Source of the DNA: Rhynchopus sp. YZ270_cl-10 | Lineage: Eukaryota | DNA: 64,000 bases | Direction: 5' to 3' | NCBI GenBank assembly: GCA_964035575.1 | Contig: OZ037836.1 | Span: 1,116,001 to 1,180,000, forward strand | Shown here: positions 24,381 to 37,862 of the stretch, piece after piece | Layout: every line of letters begins with the position of its first letter | Position numbering within the stretch: the stretch's first letter is position 1 | Translations under genes and position numbers: made by a program | The notes under the pieces: generated by a model | Databases searched by the model: none | What the model was told of the DNA's origin: nothing | What the model saw: the letters and a program-made list of their open reading frames with translations, nothing else

Positions 24381-25877
24381 AAAAAGAAAAAAGAAAAAAG
24401 AAAAAAGAGAAAAGAAAAAAGAAAGAAAAGAATTGGGTGTTGCTCTACGAATCCATCTCAATGAGCACTCAACGAGAGAGAAAAGGGAACGAACAAAACA
24501 CAACAGATGGTAGCATTCCCTTTAACCCCTTTGCACCCTCGAGAGGGCTTTGAAAGAATAACGTATTACAACAATAAGATCAAGATAATATTTTCAATCG
24601 AAAGATGGAGTTTATCCAACAGCGTCGTCTCCTCTTTTTGTAAATATAAACAGAATATTTTTCCCAACCTTCCTGTATACACGCGTCAGCAACCAATACA
24701 GGTAGTGTATTGAAATGATTCTGGGGGGGGGTAAGGGGTCTAATTTTAATTTCGTCGATTTTGAGAAAAATTTTGGCCAAAAATGGGCCCCACGTATAAG
24801 GAACCGGGCTCATATTTCTCAAAATTTAAGTGGTCAAAAAATTGTCCAATTTTCCGAAATGACCCCACCGCTGCACGGGCGGAGCCCAAAAATGCAAATA
24901 AGCCACTTTTTTCCCAACCTTCCTGTATACACGCGTCAGCAACCAATACAGGTAGTGTATTGAAATGATTCTGGGGGGGGGTAAGGGGTCTAATTTTAAT
25001 TTCGTCGATTTTGAGAAAAAATTTGGCCAAAAATGGGCCCCACGTATAAGGAACCGGGCTCATATTTCTCAAAATTTAAGTGGTCAAAAAATTGTCCAAT
25101 TTTCCGAAATGACCCCACCGCTGCACGGGCGGAGCCCAAAAATGCAAATAAGCCACTTTTTGGTTTCATTGAAATGATGCGGCTGACACTGAGGAATTAT
25201 GGTTTCCGGCGTCCCATTGAGGGGGCGAACCCTTTTTAATTTTTTGTTCTCTTGAAATGTGTAATTTCATGTTTTCGCGAAAACAATACGAACTGATCGG
25301 GTTGAAGGAAGGGTGGGGAAAACAATAATAACAAGAACAACTAATTGCTAAGAAAAAATATGGGGTGTGCTGCGGATAACTCCGCGCGATTTTCGAAACC
25401 ACCATAGCATCCTGGCGATTTTCTGGAGGTGCTGATGTGACGATGCCTGGTGCGATCGACGACGTGTTGTCGTCTGTGCATTATGTGTTCCTTCCGCACT
25501 GCTCTGATGACGACGACGATGCGTGGGAGCCTGTGGACGACTACGAGCTGGAACATGCCGAGGCCGCCCGAGCGAATGGTTATCGAGCCTGCCGAGACTA
25601 CGTCCAATAACGCGATCGAGCAGATGGTGCTGGACGAAGAGGACAGCCGCACTGTTTAAAAGTTTCAGATGCAGGCATCCCAGTGGGTTCAGCAGCGTAC
25701 GAAGAGCGTTTTAGCATACCTGCAGAAGAGCAGAATGCTGGGCGTGTTGTAGATTATATTTTTTTCAGAGTGGAGTTCCACAGCACACCCGGTTTTTTTT
25801 CCGATAGCAATTACTTGTTTTTTTTGTTTTTTTTTTTGCAAAATATAAAGTAGGGTACAGCCAAGATCAATACAACG

Positions 25878-26632
25878 CAGGGCGTTCGCCCCGGGGCGAA
25901 AAATATTTTTTTTCGTTAAAAAAATCTTTTCCTGAAAAAATGACATTTTATTTCGCCCCAGGGCTTCGCCCCACCGGGGCGAAACCCTGTATAAATAAAT
26001 AAATAAATAAATAAAAAAAGGGGGAAAAAAAAAAAAAGAGAGAGAGAGAGATTTCTCCCCACCACCCTGTAGACCCCCCCGGAGGGGGGGTCGCAGAGGG
26101 GTGCATGTCCACTGTACTCAAAATCATCCGCAAACCCGCCTGCCGTGAGAGGAAGTTTCCCCAGCACTCCCGCTCGCTCCTCAATCCTGCAGTCTGCTGA
26201 AGGTGTACCGTACCCCCTGTTATAGAAGGTGTCACTGCTCGTGTCAACTCTACTTTCAACGGCAGAGAGTTGAAAATAATCAAAATAAGGATGAAGTCTC
26301 ATATGACAGATGCCTCTCTTGTACATCTGTTTGATTAAACAACACAAAGAGACCCTCAGTGAGGGGGGATTGATGAAATTCTCCATCGTTTTGCTGGTTT
26401 TAGTATCAGGAAAGTTCAGCTGTAATATCACTTGTGCTGGGGAAGGGATCACGCGCAAATAGCAAATTTTTTTTGACCATTCAGTACCAGGGATTCACCC
26501 CACGAACTAACTTCTCTCCGGCGGGAAAATTTTTTTTGACCTATTTTAAGCACTAGTAAAAAAACGAAAATTTCGGGGTTTTTGGCATTTCGCCACGATC
26601 AGGAAAAAACGATGGCGATAGCGAACGCCCTG
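25878..26632. mobile_element. Non-autonomous hAT-like element
   Basis: TIR CAGGGCGTTCGC/GCGAACGCCCTG; 8-bp TSD ATACAACG at 25870-25877 and 26633-26640. Confidence 0.9.
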
Positions 26633-29540
26633 ATACAACGTATTAAAAAAAAAACATATAAAAGGGGTTGAGGCGAGGATACCTACACATATGTAGTGTC
26701 AGAGAATAATATATTTACCTACATTTTTGTTTTGTTTTGTTTTTTTGTTTGGTTCCGCAATAATTTGGTGTGGCCGACGACCCCAAAATAGCAGAAAGTA
26801 GCATAAAAGAGCACAAAAATAGAACCCCCTTTCATCATAATATTACAAACACAAAGATTTTTTTTTTTCCTTTTTCTTGTTTCAGCTCTTTTTTTTGCAG
26901 CATGACCAAGGGTCGTTAAGACAGGGTACATCACTTTTTGAGATTACGATTTAATCCCATTGTGCTGTCTGTAAATGTTTGTGTGTTTTGCAGGTTTCGG
27001 TAGTTTGTTTTACATTAGCGTAGACTCCCTGGGACTTTGAAAATGTTTTTTTTTGTATGTTTTGAACGTGCTTTGTGCTCTGTTTAATTTTGCTTGATAG
27101 TTTTGTAGACGTGGGGTTGGAGAGGAAGGGCGCGTTACTTTGTATGAGATTACGACTTATCCTCTTTCTCAGCCACTGTCAAAATGTCCTTGTTACCTTG
27201 TTTGTTTATTTGCGTGTCTTCGTTTGAAAGACACGAAAACAAAAAAAGAAAAAAATGAAAAGGGTTGAAAAAAAGAGGGCCCAGCCGGTACAACATCCCT
27301 CAGGGTGTAGCAGGGCTAATTCTGGGCTCTTATAGTTTGTTTACATTAGAGGAGACCACCCGGGGACGTGTCGCCCGGGTGCTATTGGTGGCGACACCTC
27401 TCAAGCCTGCGTAGCAACTTTGGATGTAAAAAACTAAACATAACATTATACCAACTGATCTGTCTTTACTACTCTACTACTATGTCTTTTTTCGTTGACC
27501 GCAGCCATTTAGGCTCTTTGCCTATGACGCACATGATAATGGATGAGGGGGAGGATTCAAAAGGAAAAAGCGTAAAGACAGATCTATCGTTGGTTTTAAA
27601 TATGTTTAGTTTCCAATCACACTTCGTGTGTGCAAAAAAAAAAAGTTAAAAAAAAGAAAAGTTTATAAGATGAACCTAAGCCTCTCGTGCTTAGTCACCT
27701 TATCATAAAAAAAAGGGGGAGAGAAAAAGTCAAAATAACCTTGTTATCAAAATAGAGAGGGGGATTGTAAGAAAAGTCAAAAAAAAAAAAAAGGGGGGGG
27801 GGCAAAAAGTGAAAAAAGGTTCTGTTTTAGAGAAGGGGGAGGAGGAGGAGGCAGGAGCTTTATAGCACACACGGCAGATTGGGCAGGATGACCACTAGTA
27901 GTGATACGAGTCCACATGGCTAGTGTTTTGCGACTCGGATACCGATATGGTTACAGTTGGACAAGTAATATTTGGCGACCAAAAAAAAAAGCCGCCAATT
28001 ACAAGAAAAAACCCCCAAAAATCCGCCATTTTTTTTTTTTTTTTTTTTGGTCGCCAAGTTTCCTGTCCAGCTGTAGTTGAGTTCGTGAGTAAGTCGTTGT
28101 GACTCACTGTATTCGTACAAAAAAAAAAGCATCGTAAAAAAGGTCGAACTTCCAGAAAAAAAATCCTGCAAAGGTAATGAACATTATTACGGTCGATATT
28201 TTTTTTGTACGAATCCGGAAATCAGTTCCCCTATGTGGTACCCCCCTGCCTCGTCTGTCGTGTAAGTATATATTTTTTTTGTATGTGTGTGTTGGCGGAA
28301 AATTGAAACCGCACCCTACTTTCCTTTTTATGTTTTTCCCCCATCCCCGCAAACAATAAAGCAATAAAAACAATAAAGACAAAAAGGGAGAAGTTGTGGT
28401 GAAACGCACACACCTCGACCTGTCGGTGAAATGTGGCTCTACTCCAACCCGCCCCGGATTAGAAAAATGGAAAAAAAGGATGGGGGTAGGGTACGGTGTT
28501 CAATTTCCTTTTAGCATTGCATGGAATCATACAAAGTTTTGTTTTTCCTGCGCTGTTTTCGTCTAAAAGATCAAAGGGGTGTACAGATGAGGGTGTGATG
28601 ACGAAGGGAGGTGGAAAAGGGTTGGGCCTGTGCTATTTTTTATGGAAACGTATTCGCGCACAATATGATGACGATCGTACATGTGGACAACCGGGTGATG
28701 CTGGGCTGTGACAATTTTCCCATCAAAAATACACAATCCACATCACAACACAGCTGTGTATTGTGTTTTATGAGAAAATTATCAAAGTACAGCTATGGGT
28801 GAGGCTCGTCACTGCTGCCGACTGTCAGCATGATTTTTTTTTTTTTTTTGTGTTGTGTTGACAATCACCTGTTAGTGCAGGATCTGTACTCAATGTCGCC
28901 CGAAGGCTAATGTTCTTTTTTTCTTTTTTTTTTTTTTTTACTTGTTACTCACAGGCTGTATCCTAATCTGGATTCTGGGACACGTTTTTTCGGCCCGTTT
29001 TCAACCCTTTTTTTTTTTTTTCTGGGTTCTAGGACACGCTTTTTTTTTTTTTTCCCGCTTTTTTTTTTTTTTTTTTCGTGGTACGTGGCGATTTTTTTAG
29101 CCAAAAGAAAGAAAAAAATCGGCCGGCAATAAATTTCCCTCAGGCAATAAATTTCCTTCCAGGATATGCACCTGGGAACTGGGTTGCATCCTGTACCTTA
29201 ATTTTTTTTGCCTGCGGCGCCATTTTTCCTTTTTTGCTCCGCAAAAAGGGTTCGTTGAGTGACTTGTATCAATAGCTATATTCGTACACCGTACTCTAAT
29301 TTTTTTTCGCCTGCGGCGCCATAAAAAAAATGCAGTTCCCTATCAGGGGTCGCGCTGGATTACTACCGACTACCGTAGATTTTGGTGATTTTGCTCGGTA
29401 CGTTTTTCCTTACTAAAACCAGAGAATCTCATATTTCATAGTAAGGGTGCGTTAGAGTGTTTTTACACGCACATGCGACCTCACCGAGCAATCGGCTCGC
29501 GCAATCAAAAGAAGGCAGGGAAAAGGGAAAAGAAAAAGGC

Positions 29541-29928
29541 AAAAGTTGGGTACCGTGCGCCTGCGGCGCTACCTGTTCCCAGTCAAAACACCACAATTTC
29601 ATGGTTCTCAGCCTGAAAATGACTATTGTTTACGAGGATGGGTTCATATTTTGCGGAAATTTAAATCACCAAAATTTTGTACATATGAGCGGAGATGCCC
29701 CGCCAACGTGCGGGGCCGAAAGCTCGGAATGGGTTTTTTTTTGTCTTTTTTTTTTTTTTTTTTTTGGGAAAAAAAATTCTGGGTCCGAAAATGGTGGTTT
29801 TTTCCCGACTTAGGATACAGCCTGTACTCAGGCTCTCCGCTAGGATTTCCGATTTTGAAAATGTTCTGTTGATGGTCCACGTTGGTGGGGTACATGCTTG
29901 CGCCGCAGGCGCACGGTACGCAACTTTT
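29541..29928. mobile_element. MITE-like element with inverted ends containing GCGCC-GCA-GGCGC hairpins
   Basis: AAAAGTTGGGTACCGTGCGCCTGCGGCGC ... GCGCCGCAGGCGCACGGTACGCAACTTTT; related ends at ~31290, ~36090 and ~38600. Confidence 0.6.
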
Positions 29929-30656
29929 TTTTTTCCAACGCCCGATTTTGACTTTTTTGGGACGTTTGAGCACTCACCTCTCCATATCTTCTTCTCCTGA
30001 GCTTTTTTGACAGGTAGAACGGGTCTGAACCACTCAGCAGAACTTTTTTTTTTTTTTTTTTCTTCCCATTTTCAAAAAGTTCTGTTGACAATCAACAGAA
30101 CTTTAGTACCTAGCGGAGGACCTGGTTGAGAAAGCTGTATTTTTGTTTTGTAACTAATGCAGACACCCCCGAGGATGAGCACCACTATTTTTTGGCTGAG
30201 AACATTTTTAGGGGAAAAAATTTTTTTTTTTGTTTTTTTTGGGGTGCGGAATTGACTAGGGTCGCAGCTTGGTTTTGAAAGATAATCCAGAAGTGGATCG
30301 CTTTTCGTGAAGAGTCACTATACGCTAGTTGACGATCACAAAATGACCAGTGTATGGATCGCTCCTTTCCACACTCTCCGAGGGTAGGTACTACCTCAAG
30401 AGCCCTTTGAAAATATGTTTGCTTGTTTTGAAAGCATTTTGTGCTCTGTTGAAGGCTCAAGGGAAGAGAGAACTTATAAAAACGTTTTGAAATGATGCCA
30501 AAAATTTTTTTTTTTTGGATTTTGAAAATACAGCCCACTCGTGTGTACCTTGGTGGGAGACGACAGATGCATCGGATGGACCCCAACATGGGGAAAAAAA
30601 GGTAGAGTTGAAATACAAAGCCATCTCGTGACAGTGTACCTATTAAAAAAAAATCC

Positions 30657-30688
<32 letters not shown>

Positions 30689-33568
30689 AAGAAAATGCTC
30701 TTCGGATGAGCCTAGCTTCGCTCTCATGCTCGGTCACGATCGTTAAATGGCACCTCTGACTACCTGCATTCAATACCAGCCAGCCCAGATGAAAGCACAA
30801 CGATAGGCTGTGTCCAACAAAAGGGGCGAAAAAGAAAAAGTGAAGTTATTAATGCAGGCACCTCTGACTGACCCACATACGATGCGAGACATCCGGATGA
30901 AAGCACACAAAAAATATAATAAAGAACTAGAGCTGTCGTCCGTAAAAATGAAAAATAAATAGAGAGAGGGAGAAAGTGAAAGAATTTTTCTTTGGAAAAT
31001 ATGTTTTGAGCCTTACAGTCAGTGTAGTCTAGCTTGCCCAAACTGCTAGTGCATCGGCACTACCTATTTAATTTTGAAAAATTTCTTGCTAGTGCCGGGC
31101 ACTACCACTGGCACTACCACTTTTTTTTTCTTTTTTCAGAAAGTTTACACTTGACAGACACGCAGAGACATAAGCCTCTGAGAGTGACCAGAACTGGCCT
31201 CATGAACAAAGTGACCCCGTCACAGCCAAAGCGCGACTCAATTGATCAAACGCCGAAGGAAAAGGTAACATGCAGCATGGCGAAATAATAAAAGTAGCGT
31301 ACCGTGCGCCTGCGGCGCAAATTTGCAACCTTCCCATGACATCGTGTGGCTGTAAAAATGTACAATTTTAAGCGCAGTTTTTTGAAATGTTGCGTACCCT
31401 GGCTTCGCCAGGAACTTTGATGCTATGACCACCGTTTCTTTTTGTACATGTACTGAGGTTACTGATAATTCGTGTCTGGTGCAAATGTCAATGAAGTTGA
31501 ACTCCGCAGTTGGATACCCGGGGAATTCTCACATTCCGCCGGGGCCCCGAATTTGAGCTGGGTCGGGCTCGACCGAGTTTTGAACCTAGCGTTTTTATTA
31601 TTATTTTTTTTATTTGCAAAAAAGTGGTAGTGCATTGCACTAGCTTTTTTATTTTTTTGGAAATCTCAGGGACTACGCTGCTTACAGTGCTGTGACCTGA
31701 ATTAATATGCCGCCCTACCTATGACAAATTGATTCAGAAAAAAAAGAGAAAAAGTTGGCCATATCTGAACCCAAGCCTTGCGGTTAGGTATCATTGAGAT
31801 GCCCCCTTTTTTGTAAGCAATTAACTATGTTGGGACCTTACTTGACTAACGTTATGCAATGCCAGGAAAAGATGTGGACCAGAACCCGCAAAAGTAAGTA
31901 CGTACCAACATGAGCCTATGTGTGTGTGTGTGTTTTTTGTTGTGTCGACAATCGCCGAGTAATCCCACCAGGTGGGAGAATTCGGGTCTGTACTCAATGT
32001 TGGCCGAAGCCTTTTTTTGTTTTTTTGTTTTTTTTTTTTTTTTTTTGAAAAATTGGTTGTATTAGTGCAACCCGAGGCTGAGCTCCACTATACCAAATGC
32101 TGTAAGTAACTGATGAACGCACTGAACGGAAATGATGTTAAATAAATCATCCAAAATCTGCACACATTTCGGCTGAAACAAGAAAGGGAACGGGGAAAAT
32201 GGTTTTATTCTTTTGATAAATTGTTGGAGTTAGTGTAGCTGCCTCGGGTTGTGTCGCCACAGCTGTTGCAATCTCCACTTTCATTTGGTTTGTCGCTCCA
32301 CGAAGCTGTAGTGTGCTTTTTTGTTGTGTCGACAATCACTTCGCTCCAAAAACGGAACAAAGTTCTGTACTCAAAGTTGGCCGAAGCCTTTGTACTGCAG
32401 AAGGTATAGACGTCGGCCGTCCTTTTTTATTATTTTTTGTTGTATCGACAATCACCTACCGAGGTAGGATCTGTACACAATGTCGCCCTAAGGCTTTGTA
32501 CTTAATCGGTATAGATTTTTTTTTTTGACACTGAAGTATGTGCTTGTTGCGGTTATGCATGGCTCTCGCGGGGGGTTTATTTGAAAAAATTGAAGCAGAA
32601 ATTTAATTTCTGGTATTTTTGGCTCACGGGAGTGCGATCGGGGGTCCAAATCTCCCCCCGTTTTTGCCAAAAAGGGGAGTGAAGGGCGAGAGCCTAGGTG
32701 ATATGCGGGGGGAAAAGGAAAAAGAAAAAGGCAAAGCTAGCGGGACACCGTCAGTTGTTTCTATTTCCTATTTTCAAAGAAAATGGTATTCTGAGTATAT
32801 GGTGCTATATGGGGGGCGAGATTTCACAAAACTTCAATCCTATTCACAACTGTTCACACACATAGTTGTGTAAAAAAAAAAAAAAAATGTAAAAAAAATT
32901 GCGAAACCCTGCCTCCCATAGCACAACTTATATTCGATATTAATCATAAAAAATGCAACAAACAACAGGCATTCCGCTCGCTTCCATTCTGTTTTCTATG
33001 AAAAGGTTTTTTGTGTTGTGCAGTAAATAAAAAACTTTGGGTTGAGCAAAGCGTGGCTGATACTTTAGCATCTGTACCAACCAAAAAAAAAAGACAATAT
33101 AACCTACCCTGAACCTTTCTACGAAAATAATTCCATTGAACGGATCCTCCAGGACCGAGAGAAGACAAAACTAGCGGGCACACGCACCGCCAGTCGTTTC
33201 TATTCCTATTTGACAAGACCTTGATACTTTTTTTTTAAAGTGTCTCTTAAGTGCATCAGAGAGACGAGGTGTGTTTGCTGCTGGATATGCCTTTCCTGCA
33301 TATCGGTGACCAACAAAGGTACAGTTTTGGGATGCTTTTAAAAAAAAAATAATAAACTTGGCTTGAAATATAACAGCCCGCTCGTGACCAGTGTACCTTG
33401 GTACATGACCGGGTGTACCGGGGGTGGACCCGAAAAAAAAAAAAAAAGAATGCGAAAACAAAAAAAATAAACGAATAATAGGTAGAGAAGCTATTCTACA
33501 TACATGTTGGTACGTACGTAAAACGCGCAAAAATAATCAAAAAACGCGCAAAATAATAAAAAATGTTT

Positions 33569-35779
33569 GAGAAAAGTTCGATTTCGGCCTCGAAAATACC
33601 CGTGACACCGATTTGTCACGGTACTTTGTCACGGAATTTTTTTGAAAGATTCGATTTCGTGACAAAAAAAGTTCGATTTCGTGACAAGCCGATTTTTTCA
33701 TTGACACACAAAATTCAATTTCGTGACAAATGACTTTTTTCATTGACAAAAAAAAATTCGATTTCGTGACAAATCCATTTTTTCATTGACAAAAAAATGT
33801 CATTGAAAAAAAATGGATTTTGTCAAGGAAAAAGTCGTGACAGCCAACCCGCCAGTCACTGAAAAGTGACCAGACAGCCACTTGACAAACACAAAAGAGG
33901 CCATTCTTGAGCTGTCTAGAAACCTAAGGGCAGAGACTGAAGACACAAGGTATGATAACTTTATGATTATGCAAGACTTAGTATATCGCGAACACGGTCA
34001 GGCTTGCACGCCTCTGGCCAGAGGCCAGCCCCACTAAATGATATGCAGCAGACACTCATTGCAGATTTCATTTTCATTCGGTAAAAAATTAATGGGTGCG
34101 CAAGTTTCTATACCTAATACCCCAACCCTCACCCATACATTCCATTACACACACCAAAACAGATCGAATCCACCAGCGCATGCGACGGAAGCAGATTCAG
34201 ATTGTGGTTTGATAAGCAGAGTTCGGTTATTATGGTGGTGGAAAGGGGGGTGGGAACACTTTGTCAGTCACTGCTATAGCCATTAACCAGGGAGCATAGC
34301 TAGTGCAAGAAATTCGACTTTGGAAACCTTCCGGAAAGTCTGTCCTCTGCTTCCGGAGGACTAGACACAAGAAAATATTGTTTGTTCCCCCAGAAAACCA
34401 GTGCACAATTCACACTCCTTGTGGGTGGTCTTGTTGCCTTTTCGTCATAGTAATTTTGGCCCAGGCATGCTCTCGAAGCATGACAATTTAGTGTGTATGG
34501 GGCAGGGTGTTGTTTTGTTCTGAATTCTCTTTGTTATAACATCTAAGTCAATCGCGGGTGGTGGTTTGTGTAGCGTGAGGCACTCTTTTTAGCAAACTTC
34601 CTGCGGCTGCTAAAGTGTTATTTCTTCGGATTTAACAACGTACAGCGTAACATAGTGGTTTAGCCTGGTCGACACAACCTTTGATAGATACGGGATAACC
34701 AACCCCCTTCGACCCCTTGTGGGTTCACTGAACAAGCCCTAGTGGTAGTTAAACGCGATTGACATTTACATTTCCTAGAGATGAAAGAACAAGATAACAC
34801 TTCTGTACCCGCGCATCAAAATTGTGGAAAACTTTGCACCCCAAACACCCTCAACAACGCCCGCCAAAAGGCGCCCCTTGTTGCTGGGAGTTGGTTCTCA
34901 TGTTTGATACACTGCACAGCAGGCATTCCTCTGAGTCCAACGCATGTTTGGCCTGTCTGCGGCGTTGTACTTAAGGTGCACGAAGACAAGGTCTGGTGGT
35001 AAATTTTGCGTAGTACTGCGACGTGGTACTACGTGGGTCTGGGAACCTGGTACCTGGGTACAGGATATTTGTTGTAAAGACATCTTCCACCATGCATTGA
35101 GGAGGGTAAGACAGTGTTCGCAGTTTCTACCTGATAGCATTACACATTCGCAGTTTCTACTTGATAGCACTACAACATTTAACTTCTCCACGGGGGTCTT
35201 GGGCCGTTCATTCGGTTATACCTTGACTACCGGAAGATATTCTTGAGGCCTTTTTGGTCTCTAGAATATCCGGTCTTCCCGAACGGAGGCACACTTTGTG
35301 TGTTACTACGACCTGGCAATTTCCAGCAGTAGGTTAAGTAATCTTTCTTGTAAATTGTTGGATCATTATCTCCTCAGTGCATGCATGCCCCACGTGACTG
35401 GACACTTTTGTGTTTGTCATGTGGAGCTGTGGTTGCTCTTTCACGACTTTTATCCTTGTATCCAGTGTACCCAGTACCCAGTGCCCTGTCACGACTTTTT
35501 CCGTGACAAAAAGTTCGGTTTCCTTGACAAAATCCATTTTTTCATTGACATTTTTTTGTCACTGAATTTTTGGATTTGTCACGAAATCGAATTTTTTTTT
35601 GTCAATGAAAAAATCGGTTTGTCACGAAATCGAATTTTGTGTGTCAATGAAAAAATTGGTTTGTCACGAAATCGATTTTTTTTTGTCACGAAATCGAATC
35701 TTTCAAAAAAATTCCGTGACAAAATTCCGTGACAAATCGGTGTCACGGTAATTTTCGAGGCCGAAATCGAACTTTTCTC
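33569..35779. mobile_element. Foldback/MULE-like element with long repetitive TIRs built from CGTGACAAA motifs
   Basis: GAGAAAAGTTCGATTTCGGCCTCGAAAAT and its reverse complement; interior shared with the 8758 and 19389 elements. Confidence 0.8.
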
Positions 35780-36514
35780 AAAAAAAAATTTTTGCGCTCC
35801 GCGCGAAAAGGTCCGTTCATTTCGCGTAAATACGTGATGACGTGGGATAGTAACGTACATCAAGAACCAAACCAACCCTTTTCTCACGTTTTTCCACGTC
35901 AAGCCCTCGCATTAGGTTCTGTCTAGTGAACGAAACCTTCCCTCAGGACAAGAAGAAACGGCGGTTGATATCAAAACTTTCTGGCGAAGCCAGTACGCCG
36001 GTACGCAACATTTCAAAATTTGTGACCTAAAACCGAACATTTTTACAGCCAAACTATGGTAGAGGCCTGTGGGCTGCCAGTTTTTGAGCTGCGCCGCAGG
36101 CGCACGGTAGGCTACTTTTTTAATGCCGGCAAGGGGGGTGCATCATTGAGTCCCTGAAACAAGTCTCCATGTCACCGCCACCGCCATCGCAATCGCCATC
36201 TTCGCTTTCCTCTTTAACCTCAACAGATGCAACACTGCTCTCTGTATCTTCAGAGATCAGAACTTCTCCAACACTCGATGTCTCGTCGACTGACAGACCC
36301 TCCTCCTCCTCGAACCCAGTGGTGGGGGCCGCAGTATGCACTGCTGTGTCCTTCTTTTAATCTCCCTTCCTCCTGAAGATGCGGGCGCAGGTGCCCACAT
36401 CTCCAGGACCAAGGTACCCACGGCATACCACAGGCAGAGAACCCCCCATCCCAAAAAACCCCCATTTTTAAGGGTGAACCGACGAACCAACGGATAAATA
36501 ATATATATAATTCT

Positions 36515-36652
36515 AGTGTAATTATTTCCTCATAATTACACGCGGGGGGGTTCTGGCACGAGTTTTCCAATAATCGCACGAGCGCAGCGAGTGCGATTAG
36601 GAAAACGAGTGCCAGAACCCCCCCAAGTGTAATTACGGGAATAATTACACTA
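36515..36652. repeat. ~140-bp imperfect palindrome
   Basis: TAGTGTAATTATT...GGGGGGGTTCTGGCAC...GTGCCAGAACCCCCCC...AATAATTACACTA. Confidence 0.85.
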
Positions 36653-36653
36653 A

Positions 36654-37862
36654 CCCTTTAAGGACCATAGGCAATCCATTGCCACTTCAAGGTCACGTAA
36701 ATACCTAAGGATATGTCTACTTCATATTTCAAATCGATTTTTTTTTCTTTGGAAAGATTTGTTGCAAATCTTTCAAAATACGCAAGTTTTGATTTTTTTT
36801 GACACCCCCCAGCACCATCACCGACGGGAGAGATTTGGGGTACTATTTCACTTTTGTTGGGATTTTACGGATTTTTACGGATCGGGGGCACTTCGAATTG
36901 CAAAAAAAAATTAGAGGGTGACAACTGCATATTTCTAATTGATTTTTGGTTCTTTGGAAAGATTTTGTGACAAATCTTTCCAAAGAAGCAAAAATAAATT
37001 TATTTTGACATACCCTGTCAGCCTCATCAACAGGAGAGGTTAGGGGTACCATTTCACTTTTGGGATTTCCCCCCATTTTCACCTACTGGATAATGTCTTC
37101 GGCATGTATTCAACTCCCACATGGGAGGGATCGATCGGTCGGACCAGCGCATGGTACTAGCCTGCCGGAATTCTAAACTAAACCTAAAGTGTTTCGGTAT
37201 TTCTTGGAAGTGTCGCGCAGAATGCCTTCTCCCTCTGCAACGCTCTCAGCAAAAGAAGGTGTCGTTTAGTGTGTTCAAGTGTGAACTGGCGAAGCAGCTT
37301 ATTGCTGAGAACAGGAGGACAACGCGAGCATCGGCAACGCCGGGAACACGGTCATCGCCTTTTGTGACGCTTCCGGATACTCCAGAAGCTCCGAAGAGAG
37401 GGAAGGTGAGGAATGGGAAGAGGTTTGATCACTTTTTGTACTTTTTCTTACAGATATACACGTGTTTAAGGCAAATCCTTAACAACTCATGTTTTCCAAT
37501 ATTGCTGCTAACCTTGTGCAGCTGTTTCAGAAAATTTCTACTCCGACTTTTTTATCGATTTTTTTTTTATTTTCAAAGATTTTGAACAGATCTTTCAAAA
37601 TACGCCGTTTTCGAGTTGAAATAATGACGGGAGTTTATCAAAAAAAATTTTTGTTCAGAAAAATTCTCAAAAATAAAAGGCTCGCACCACTCTAAAAAAA
37701 TAGATGATTTTCGATTTTTCGATTTTTTGATTCCGTTGGAAAGATTTGTGCAAAATCTTTCAAATGCCGCCAGATTTGGTCAAAAAAAATTATCTCTTAA
37801 TATTTTACTGCCGGGGGAGAGTTGACCCCCAAAATCCAAAAACCTGAACGGTCCTTAAAGGG
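36654..37862 (+). mobile_element. Internally deleted piggyBac element
   Basis: TIR CCCTTTAAGGACC/GGTCCTTAAAGGG; CTAA and TTAA flanks; transposase remnant inside. Confidence 0.9.
37100..37410 (+). pseudogene. piggyBac transposase C-terminal remnant
   Basis: FNSHMGGIDRSDQ matches the piggyBac YNxxMGGVDxxDQ motif; followed by FKCELAKQLI. Confidence 0.85.

Noticed and set aside
25916..26458. 180-aa ORF within the hAT-like element
   Set aside because: No hAT transposase motif is recognisable and it runs into simple repeats.
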